A DNA stretch of 64,000 nt from Octopus bimaculoides. Lineage: Eukaryota. Below, in pieces: positions 49,244-60,075 of this stretch. The stretch is from contig NC_068992.1 of assembly GCF_001194135.2 (NCBI RefSeq), positions 61,193,876 through 61,257,875 on the forward strand. The letters are read 5' to 3'. Both the position numbers and the translations under genes were made by a program. Every line of letters begins with the position of its first letter. Within the stretch, counting starts at the first letter, position 1. Under the pieces are notes generated by a model that was given only the letters and a program-made list of their open reading frames with translations, did not search any database and had not been told where the DNA came from.

Positions 49244-50848
49244 TGAGAAAGCAGGTGTAAAATGACATTATAATATTACACACACATATATGTAACATAT
49301 ATATTGTGTATATTTTACATGTGTTTATTGTATTATATATACCATATATTATGATATTAATAATTATATTTGTTTTTTCTAAATTCTATTAAACACAAAG
49401 ATAGTCTTCAATAGATATGACACTTTTAGATAAATAATTTCATTTCCTTCTTCAGTAGAATAGAAAAGAAAATTAAACATATCAGCTTGGAATGAGAGAA
49501 GTATTTGATTTTTCAGAGAGAGTTCTTCAATGGACAATGAAACAATACAAAGTATTCTCAATCAAACAGATCATTGTCTACTTCTCTCTGCACATCAATA
49601 TGTCTATCCTTTTTGTGTGTTCCTTTTCACATTCACTTGATTCATGTTAGTGCAAGCAAGCACTATTTTCTTCAAATTCTTTTGTTTTTCTTCCTTCTTT
49701 GACAGTAAATTTACCATCTTTAGAGGCTTATACATCTAAGACAGAGAATGTATCCCACTTCTGCACAACCAAATATATAGAATTTAATGTCTCAGTATTT
49801 TCACTCCTAATCTTTCCTGAACTGTCTTTGTCCTTCCCCCTTCTACAACTGCTAAAATACTTGTAATATTCTGGTGTTTGAAACAAGCTAACATAAAATT
49901 TTGGTGGAAGGATTAAAATAGAAAGTTTGTATTAGAGAACCAGGAGCAGTCTCAGGCTGGTTGGCATCAAAGGCGATAAAGGTGAAAAAAAGTGTAATTT
50001 TCTGAAATGAATCCTACTTTATTTCTCCAATGAGCCATCACTCATGGGGTTTCCAGTATACTCTTGTGGTGCTTCTTGTGCTCAAAAGTCTGTGTTTGTA
50101 TTAATGGAACCAGGGGCAGTCATGGGCAGGTTAGTATCAACAGCGTTAAAACTAAGTTATAGTCATAGGAGATAGCATACCTAAATGGTTGAGAAGTTTG
50201 CATTGCAGTCACATATTCCCAGGTTCAATCTCACTGTGTGGTGTCTTTGGCATGTGTCGTACTCAGGTCGACCCACCAAATCTTTTGACTGGAACTGAGT
50301 AGATAGAAATTCTTTGGAAAACCAGTTCAAATGATTAGTCTCCCTTCAATTAAAACTACTTTCACTTTGATATCATGAACATCATAGATTTTGAATTCTT
50401 TGCACCATTATAAGTTTTTAGCTTTAATTCCCAAAGTAAGGAATTTAATTTTTTTCTGTTTCTTGTTTCCCCTAGAGACGATACTTCTGACAAAGAACAG
50501 AAAATCTAATTTTCAAATTTTTACAAATTCCTGCCTACATTCGCATCTATTTATTAATTTTTTTTTCTCCCAGTTTAACTTTTTTTTCTTTTATTCCTCA
50601 GGGTGGTAAGTAAACATCTTTATTTTATACTAATTCTCCACTTTGTTGTTGGGGCTAGAAAAAAAATGCCATTTGTAATTTGAGGTATTTGTCAGCTAGT
50701 CCACATCTCTTAAAAACATTTTTCCATGCAATAGTTAGAAGAATTTTTGAAACTTTCAAATGTCATTTGGTAACAGAATGGAGGTTTTACTGCTGGTAGC
50801 AATTTAATTGCTAATACTTCCTATTGTTTTACATTCATACATACATAC

Positions 50849-50892
<44 letters not shown>

Positions 50893-50935
50893 ATGTATAC
50901 ATATATATATATATTATTTGTAACTATTTTTCCAG

Positions 50936-51024
50936 AAGCAACAACCTATTGGTTACAAGTGCCCAACAACCAGTGCCTGTAAGTACTTGTGGCGATGTGC
51001 TGTTGAACAACAGTTTTTCTTCAC
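50936..51024 (+). CDS. FRMD5: FRMD5-like exon (FERM-C end)
   Basis: ttttccag / gtaagt; 89 nt; KQQPIGYKCPTTSACKYLWRCAVEQQFFF(T), the ACK.LW.C.VE...FF FERM-C motif. Confidence 0.95.
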
Positions 51025-51451
51025 GTAAGTTATGTTCTCACATTCTATACTCAACACACTTTGCATGTCAACAGTTAAGTGGAATTTATATGTCTGTATG
51101 GCTACTACGAGGTTTATATATATATAAATATATATAAAATAATCTATATAAAGGGCATTAACTGTGTAGAAATGAGTAAAATGAACTTGTTTGTATATCT
51201 GCTATGTGAGTTCACATACACACACTGATGATCTATTGACACAGTGTATGTATGGTTAATGTACTGATATCTACAGGTTGTAGAGCTGCTGTGATGGTGT
51301 GTTTAATGCACTTGTCTAATAATCACTAGGATTTTATATCACTTGCCATAGAGCTGTGATAGTTGTGTGGTTAAAGTGTTATGTAATTGACCTTAAAGAA
51401 CACAGCAGTTTTAATATTACCGCTGCTGCTTTTCTCACCATTGCTATACAT

Positions 51452-51733
51452 CAGTGGTTCCCAAACGTTTTCAAGCTGCCACCACCTTGGAACCCAGGCT
51501 ACATTCCATGCATCCCCACCCCCAACCACCACTACAATCATAGACCATTTTCTGCTGCAAATTCAAAACAATATTTTATAAATAAATCTTAATCTATTGA
51601 ATCCATTATTTTGTTTGCTTTTACATCCATTGCCTCCTTTTGGCCACCTCATTATCACCCCCACTTTAATGCCCCCCACTAAATCTTTCCACTTCCCCCA
51701 GCGGGGCAGTACCGCCCATTTTGGGAACCACTG
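51452..51733. mobile_element. hAT-type MITE, 282 bp
   Basis: Perfect TIR cagtggttcccaaa / tttgggaaccactg; 8-bp TSD ctatacat / ctatagat (7 of 8). Confidence 0.88.
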
Positions 51734-52180
51734 CTATAGATGGTTATGTAACTAAAATATTCGATTATTAACTATAAGAGTGTGGTAATTGCTGGATTAC
51801 TGTGTGTATGCTTTAGTAATTTCATTATGAATTGTATCCTTTTTCTTTCATTCATAATAATAATTACTATAGTTGTTGTTTATGGTTTCTAGAAAGGATC
51901 ACCCCTTTAGCATTTAAATCAGCCATATCAGACCTAAATACTATTTCACATTTTAACCATTCATTCATACCTACTCTACAATATCATTCTAAAATAAATT
52001 ATCATATTCAAAATCTTGAACCTATAAAATAATGCTTAATTAATTCTAAACATTGTGAATAAATATTACACATGACAGGAATAATCTGAATGCTAAAGGG
52101 ATAGAGATTTCTGTTATAATTCTCAGACATTATATCTGAAGAAGAAATCATTATTTATATTTTATTTTTATTTTTTTCAG

Positions 52181-52258
52181 ACTGTCCAGTTCAACAAATG
52201 CTCCTAAAGTTCGGTCAGGAGGCAGTCTCTTAACTAGAGGTTCACGGTTTCGTTTCAG
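52181..52258 (+). CDS. FRMD5: FRMD5-like exon (FERM-adjacent domain)
   Basis: tttttttcag / gtattg; 78 nt; (T)LSSSTNAPKVRSGGSLLTRGSRFRF(S), the GSRFRYSGR motif of the FA domain. Confidence 0.94.
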
Positions 52259-53801
52259 GTATTGTTGATAAGCTTTGTAGTTTGTTTGAACCAATTCATA
52301 TTCCTTCTGAAATGCACTGCCTTTGAATTAAGTTTGAAAATAACCAAAGAATTTAGTAAAATAAGTTTGTCATTATTTAGCTCGGTTTGGAATGTAAATT
52401 TTGATGGAAAGTTTTATTTTAAACCATTTTAAAACAAGGCATGTGTATTGCAGAACCAGGTGAGTTGGTATCAAAAGGGTTATAATGTCCCATAACCTAT
52501 TGAATAAATGGGTAGAAGGGAAACAGCTAAGCTGGTATTGTACTGGAACATCAGCTGAAATATATTGAGTTCAAATCAGTCACAAGTATCATGTTGTATA
52601 TTTGAATATTAAACTGAATTTTATATTCCTTGGTATATTTAAGCCTTTAGATACCAACCTACCTGAGAAAATCCCTGGGTCTTTCTCACAAACTTGTTAA
52701 ATTAAAATCTTCCATCAAATTTTCATATCAATTTGTATCAAACACCAGATTAATAATGACAGTTATTTTACCAAATACTTCATTATTTTCAAAATTAATT
52801 GAAACAAAGGCAGTACATCTCAACAGAAATATGATAACAAAATGGTTAACTCTCAGATATAATTAATACAAATCATCTTGAAATGCTTGCCTTTGACAGA
52901 TTGGTACAATTTAAACTCACTCATCCACACTCTCATTCCATATCCTAAATCTATATTCTGCAGAAATAGACTTTGCTTTGTTCTTAATTGTTAGAAGAGC
53001 TTGTTTTAATATTTTTACAGTGTTCTGTAACAGTTGAAGAATTTACTTTCCTTCTTGGATTGATAAAATAATTTGATCAATTTAATTAACTATAAACCCT
53101 CTCTTAGAAATATGTTTCTTTGCACCAATTTAAGAAATTTTTGTCATTGTTATTGAAGATGAGATTGGATACTATTTTCACTGTTGTACTTCTCAGACAC
53201 AACATTTTATTTCATCATCATCATTACCATCATTTAACATCTGTTTTCCATGCTGGTAGGGTTTGGACAGCAGTTTGACAGGAACCAACAAACCAAAGAG
53301 GCATGGTTTCTATGGCTGGATGCCTTTCTTAATGTCAACCACTTCACTGAATGTATTGGAAGCTTTCTACATGTCACTGACGCTCTTTATTTATATTCAT
53401 TAATAATACTAAGGCAGTTAGCTGGCAAAATCATTAATATACCTGACAAAATGCTTAGTGACGTTTCATCTGTTTTCAGATTCTGAGTTCAGATTCCACT
53501 GCAGTCGATTTTGCCTTTTATTCTATTAGGGTCAATAAAATAAGTACCAGCCAGGCACTGGGATCGATGTAATCGACTCTCCCACAGCTATAAAATTTCA
53601 GGCCTTGTGCCCTATTGTAGAAAGGATTGTTTAATGCTGTTTATCATCTAAGATATGTAGTTGAAATAAGGATGTTTTAAATATTGACATGAGTTTGTGA
53701 AGTGTTTTTTGTATTTATTTTTTTATGGTACTAACAATTCTTTTATTGGCTACAAGGATTATGATACAAACAATAAAGCCCTTTTATGTTTTCTTTTACA
53801 G

Positions 53802-53870
53802 CGGGCGATGTCAGACGGAGGCTATTGCTGCCAGTGGTGGTATAAGTCGCCCGGAACCTGCTTTTACTCG
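53802..53870 (+). CDS. FRMD5: FRMD5-like exon (FERM-adjacent domain)
   Basis: ttcttttacag / gtaagt; 69 nt; (S)GRCQTEAIAASGGISRPEPAFT(R), completing the SGR and P.F.R FA motifs. Confidence 0.92.
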
Positions 53871-54090
53871 GTAAGTTATAATCTGCTCTCATACTATAAC
53901 ATTTATCATCATCATCATTTAGTGTTCGTAAAGTAGTGAGGATATATAACAAGATCAATACTGATGTACACATCACATGTAATATTTCATTATAAAACTA
54001 GTGGAGTCGCTTGCATGTCTAAAAATATAATAATGAACTAATTGTATACTGTGCTCAGTTTTCATTAAAACTATGTAATATGTAAAACTG

Positions 54091-54710
54091 GGTAAATATG
54101 AAGAATCTTTCCAAACGACAAATTTTTAAATAAACAAAGTTTTTAAGATAAAATGGGTGTGTAGATTACGAAAAACGCAATAAAAACCAGAGCAAATTAA
54201 CTGTTTCATAGATATTCGCATTTTTGTGAGGGTGACGGACGAAGGTAAAACGCGTGCTCACCACCTAACCCTAACCCCAAAACTAACCCTAACCCGTACG
54301 CACGCGTTTTACATTCGCTCTACATTCTACGGTAAAATAAACGTGTATATTACAAAAAAGTAACAAAAAATGGAACAAGCTTATCGTTTCAAATATATCT
54401 GCATTTTTAAGAGGGTCCCGGATACGTTTACTGTTCTCCGTAAAAAAGTGATGGAAACGTTCAGCATGATTTGGAATAGACTTAATGAACAGATACCTCA
54501 CCATATACTGCTTGAGGTACTTACACCTCATCCCAGGTCTCCGAACAGTTTCCTTCACAAATTGTACTCGGAACCCTCCTAAAATGCGAATATCTCTGAA
54601 ACGGTTTGTTTGCCCTGTTTTTTAATACGTTTTTCGTAATCTACGTCTATTTTACCCGAGGAAACTGCTTTTTCTTAATTTATCGTTGCGAAAGATTCTT
54701 CATATGTACC
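54091..54710. mobile_element. Non-autonomous DNA element with ~140-bp TIRs and internal telomere-like repeats
   Basis: Arms 54091-54233 and 54574-54710 (ggta.atatgaagaatcttt..gtagattacgaaaaacg..gatattcgcatttt..agggt); cctaaccctaacc at 54264-54295. Confidence 0.8.
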
Positions 54711-56899
54711 AAACAGTGTCTCAATTTGTGTTTGTACCAGCTTTACTGTGGAGTACAAAAATACATAGATTTTTAAATTACCAAGTATTTCGATGTGGCC
54801 GGGGAGAGCGGAAACTGCCGAAACGAATTTAATATTTTGTTACCTCCCATGGCATTGCTAACATCATAAGTTCTCTCCCTTGGCAATTGAGCTGATTTTA
54901 AAACCATATTACAAAATGTGTGAAGTTTATTCAATATGTAGCAAATGAGAATCTAAAGGTGACTAAATTGAAGCCAAACGTAATGCAATGTTGTATCCAA
55001 ACTTCTGTAGCTATTTTTACGTATTTTTCATTTGAATATGCTATGTGATAAAAAAAAAAAAATTAGTTGATGCTACAAACACTTCTTATTCCTTGGAGAA
55101 AGAAGAAAAAGTGGCCATCTTACGATACTAGTCACACATCGGAATTTAGCCGGAAAACTCACTGGTTCAATCTTTATAACGGCAAACGTGTTTGGAGAGT
55201 GTTTATCTTAGGCGGAATAAATATCACAAGACATTTTTGTTCGATGCACCGCCTTATTAGTGACTTTCTTTTCTCTGTGTACATCTTTTATACACCCACA
55301 CGCACAATATTAATCTTACGATGAAAGGGCATCAGAACGACTTAGATTTTTTCCCCTATACTTTTTCTTTTATTTTTGAGCGACATACTTGTTATCATTC
55401 AAACGATATCATACTTCATTCTTCTCAAACCATCAACGTCCAAGCATCACACGTTTAACCTGGATACCTCATGTCAAATTTGTACTAACATCATGAATAG
55501 GGACCTTGTAAATCTCCTCCAGTGCCACAGGATGTGGGGCATATTAATCTTGTCAATCTTGACTCTTTCAATGGCACAAAGAAACAATTCCTAGTCTTTT
55601 CATGAAGGCAGCATTGCACATCACCCTAATCCTTTCATGAACAGCATGTCACTAAAAACCTCAAGGTCATAAAGACCACATTGCAAAGACTGGTCTTCCT
55701 TTTTTTCCCAAGCCAGAAAATATTTTGTCTGTAAGGGACCATGCGATGCAAGGTGACAAGAATGGCTCTTGTGTACCACATCACACAGCCCTTACAATAA
55801 AAAGGATTGAATACTATAAATACACGCCAGATGGAAAAGGAGACACAACCACATAGGAATGATTAAGAGAACATTTATTGATATGTTATCATGTGTGTCT
55901 ATGTGCATCATGTATACAGAATAATAGGCCATCATGCAAACAAAATGTATGTATGTGTGTGTGTGTGTGTGTAAGCATAGATGTATGTGCATGTGAAGAA
56001 CATATAAGAATGGTAATGAAGAAGAGGCAGTGAAAGAGTCTATAGGCATCGAAGTGAGGAGTAAGTTCATAGACATAAGAAAGATGAGAATATTAGTTTG
56101 TAGTCAATAGTACACGATAGTTGAAATACTGTATCGAGAAGTCACAGCCATGATGTTGAGCCAGTTACAGTTACGTCGTATGTGAAGTTGTGACTGTGAT
56201 GCAGCTGCATGGGACACTTGTACAGAAGTTCATGTAGGTTGTATATTCACTGTTGATCTCTAGTGAAATAAGTCGTGAATTGTTGGAACTTGGGTGAATT
56301 GCTTGCTGAGCTGTGTACATAGAGAAATGATGTTGATGATGTTAAGAAGGGCATGATGGTGGCGATGAAGGAGGAGGTTGCCGTAAGGCTGTTGGACGAA
56401 GTTGGTAAGTCTCAACGTGTAGTGGTGTTTGGCTGGTGTTGTTGCTGGAGCTTGCTGTACTTTGGTCAGTGGCTAGACCTTAAAAGGTCTAGAACCAAAG
56501 ACCTCAGAACAAGGAAAAGCTGAGTTTTTATAGGGAGCTGTAGGTTCAAACAAGTTGGTAAACAGACTGTCCCATGTGATCTTATTTAGAGCTTCCAACT
56601 GGTTATACACAGTAAGTTGGCACAATCGAGTAAGAGACAAATTGTGCCCATACCAACCAATCAGAGTAGTAGACACAAGGGAATCCAAATAGCAGTCAAA
56701 GGCTTGCTGTTCCCTGCCACGTTCAAATGCACATATATATAATAAAGGGAAGAGAGGAATTACAACCAAGTCTATGCAACGTCTTTAAACTTCTCTCCAC
56801 ACGGCTCAAATGAGGCTCATAATAGAATACTGGTCCTGCTGCTACTGACACACACACACACACATATCTTACACCATGTCCATTCAACTGATATGATGT

Positions 56900-57108
56900 C
56901 ACTTGCCAACAGGCTCCAAACTCTGGCTCACAGACACATTGCTTCTCTTCTCTTTGCATTTGGTCTCATGCCGCATTTACTCAGGTATTCTTGACTCACT
57001 CTGTCTCCTCCTCTCATCATCCATGTTGCGTTCAACCTCACTGAGGCCCTACTCTAATCATTATTCCCAGTCCTTCCTCCCCAGATCATCAAACATTAAC
57101 TCCACTGG

Positions 57109-57110
<2 letters not shown>
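56900..57110 (+). mobile_element. CR1-group LINE 3' fragment
   Basis: ANRLQTLAHRH.ASL then YSQSFLPRSSN.NS, like the L..LAHRR.VASL..YSQSFFPRT..LWNSLP pattern. Confidence 0.55.
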
Positions 57111-57147
<37 letters not shown>

Positions 57148-57902
57148 ACATGTTTTACATGTCATCAAACTGCAGCTGTTTAACCCTTTAACATTTAAAC
57201 TGACCATATCTGACTCAAATATTCCACCCGTTTTATATTTGAGCTGACCACTCCTACACTACAATGTAGGCCCCAATAAACACTTCATCAAGATCTCAAT
57301 GCTACAACATTAATTCATGATTAATTAATTCAAAGTAATATGAATAGATAAGCACTACATTTCAGTGTGTAATTTAAATGTTTAAGTGTTAAGAAGGACA
57401 ATATGTGCCACTCAAGGCATCCATTTTTGTTTATATCACTCCCCACCTCCTATTTTGGTTTTAGCCTGTACAGGCCTATACATCAGCCCCCAAAGTACTA
57501 TTTAAAAGTATCACTGACAGTGACCCTACCCCAACAATCCTAGCTATGCTACTGACTGTTATGTCATGTTGGGGAAAGTGTCATAGCTTTACCATGCTTA
57601 CATCTGTTCTCTTTGTAATCTTGTCTTTTATATTTAAGAAGAACTCTGAATAAGAGGAAGATTATATTTAAAAGATGATGTCTCTCCTCCACCCACCTTT
57701 GGTGAATGTGACTTTAACTAGGAGGAGGAGATATTGAGCACCGTCTGATGCCATTAACTCCTCCTGGTCAAGGTTAGAAAAGCAGTAACTTCTATCAGAA
57801 TGTAAACATTCATTTATTCCATATTCTTCTCAAGCTTATGGGAGAAAATTACTGAAAGATTAAAAATAACACTAAATATAATTATCTGAAGTAAACTATA
57901 TA

Positions 57903-58353
57903 AGCCATGGCTATGTGGTGAGGAGTTTGCTTCCCAACCACATGGTTCTAGGTTCAGTTCTACTGCTTGACCCCTTGGGCAAGTGTCTTCTATGATAGCC
58001 CTAGGCTCACCAAAGCCTTGTGGGTGAATTTTGTAGATGGGACATGAAAGAAACCTGTCATATTCATCTATATGTAGATGTGTGCATGCATGTTTTTTCT
58101 CCCCAACAACCATTTGACAATTGGTGTTGATATTTATTTATTTATGTGTTTCAGCCAAGTGGCTGCGGTCATGATGTTTCTGAAACTTTGTGGCTTGATG
58201 AAAAGAGACTTGGTCTCTTGGTGGTTTGATGAATAAGTACTAGGCTTAAAAACCAACATAAGTACTGGGGTTGATTTGTTTGACTAAACTCTTGAAGGTA
58301 GTGCTCCAGCATTGCCACAGTCCAATGACTGAAACGAGTAAAAGATAAAAGAT
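57903..58353 (+). mobile_element. Older SINE family A, ending ~90 bp upstream of exon 58445
   Basis: Head ggctatgtggtgaggagtttgcttccc..ggttcagttc, tail gactgaaacgagtaaaagataaaaga. Confidence 0.8.
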
Positions 58354-58444
58354 ATGTTTGTTTTTGTCCTTGTTAAAAGCAACAATACTTTGCTTGCTAA
58401 AGAATCTCACAATGCTCTTTTTTTTTTCTCTCTCTGCTTTTCAG

Positions 58445-58536
58445 TTCCTCATCTCTACCAAACTTTAACCACAAGAGAGATTCTAAAGTACCTCTGCGTA
58501 ATATGTCAATGACCCGAGACGCTGCTATTAAAGAAG
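58445..58536 (+). CDS. FRMD5: FRMD5-like exon (post-FA linker)
   Basis: ctctgcttttcag / AAG-gtaagt; 92 nt; (R)SSSLPNFNHKRDSKVPLRNMSMTRDAAIKE(G); open in the phase required by the previous exon. Confidence 0.85.
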
Positions 58537-58549
58537 GTAAGTAATTTAG

Positions 58550-58592
<43 letters not shown>

Positions 58593-58717
58593 GAAATATA
58601 TCTCAGATCAAAATATTACTGCAATATTCACTAGATTAGAACATCTCTGACATGTGTGTCTCAAGTGAATGTGTTTATTGAAGGTGGTAGAGGATGGTTG
58701 AGAAAATCACTGAAGCA

Positions 58718-58872
58718 TGTATATCTCATTTCTGATGTCACTGGAATGTGTGCATCTTATTTCTGATGTCACTGGAAGGTGTGCATCTTGTTTCTGATGT
58801 CACTGGAATGTGTGCATCTCGTTTCTGATGTCACTGGAATGTGTGCATCTCATTTCTGATGTCACTGGAATA
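58718..58872. repeat. 31-bp tandem repeat, five copies (gtgtgcatctcatttctgatgtcactggaat)
   Basis: tctgatgtcactggaa recurs with period 31. Confidence 0.92.
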
Positions 58873-59679
58873 TATGTACTTCATGGCAGGGTGTCACTGA
58901 AGAGTGTACATCACATCATAAGGAGGTCACTAAAATGCTTGTTTCTTATATTGCTGTGTTCATATCAAGATGACAAAGGAATATATTGGATTTGGATGCA
59001 TCATACTGCAATATAATCTATTAAATGTAGGTTAAGATCAACATGCCTGCAAAATATATTTCAAGGTTAGATGTTATTAAAATGTATACTTGCTAGAAGA
59101 ATATAGTAGACACAGGAATGTACTCGGATTGTGTTATAATAGAAATAAATGTACGTCAAACATTGAATATCAAGGAAACCTAGCTCAGAACATGATGTCA
59201 CAGAAATGTATTCACTTGTTTAATATTTATATGAAATATTCATTATGAAATATTCATTATGAAATATATACTGTATGTAAAGTTTGTTGATTTATATACT
59301 CTGTTATAGCTTTTAAGAATGGATCTTCTGTTTTGGGTTGTTTGCTCCGATTTCACCAATATTTCTTAATCCAAGACAAACTTCTTTGCACACATTCACT
59401 GACAAGGACCGATGGATGGACACACACACACACACACACACACTAATACATAAACACATATCATTTACATCTTTGACTTTTCAAATTTAAGATGTTGAAC
59501 CCTAATGATAATAACTATGTTTTGATGTATATTCATGCTCTTAAATTGAATAGAATATATTTTTATGAACAACCAGCTCAGCAAAGGTAAATATTTCAGT
59601 TGAAAAAGCAGAAGTCAGAGAACTGTGTTTTCCATTCAGTTTTTTTTTTTTTTTTTTCTGAATAAAAGGTGCACACACA

Positions 59680-59684
<5 letters not shown>

Positions 59685-59712
<28 letters not shown>

Positions 59713-59915
59713 TTGCATTCATTTTTCCATGCATGCCAGAGTCAGGCAACTCTTCTCCAGCAAGCATCATCCTATTCGTTGCAGTTCTTTATCATCTCTT
59801 TTTGGTGAATTTCAGTCTTTTGAGATCAGTGTCCACAGCTTTTCTCTTGTGTCTGCTTTGGCTTTCTTCTTCTTCTGCAAGTTGTATCCATTCAGAATTG
59901 TCTTGGCAATTATAG
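59685..59915 (-). mobile_element. RTE LINE extreme 3' end with (GAT)n tail
   Basis: rc ..KAVDTDLKRLKFTKKR..RTATNR.. then tccatgcatg-type tail and (CAT)n, resembling the SINE tail at 1-288. Confidence 0.55.
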
Positions 59916-60038
59916 ACCTGACTGTTATTGTTTATGTACATTGCATGTCCATACCAACTACAATTGAGAAAACGTGCACAATATATAATCACACAGATGC
60001 AAGCATCCATGCACAAACAGGCTTACACAAGCATACTT

Positions 60039-60075
<37 letters not shown>

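Noticed and set aside
55950-56700. Complex sequence possibly from a LINE ORF1/PHD finger on the minus strand
   Set aside because: Only scattered Cys/His with frameshifts; cannot be assigned without a database search
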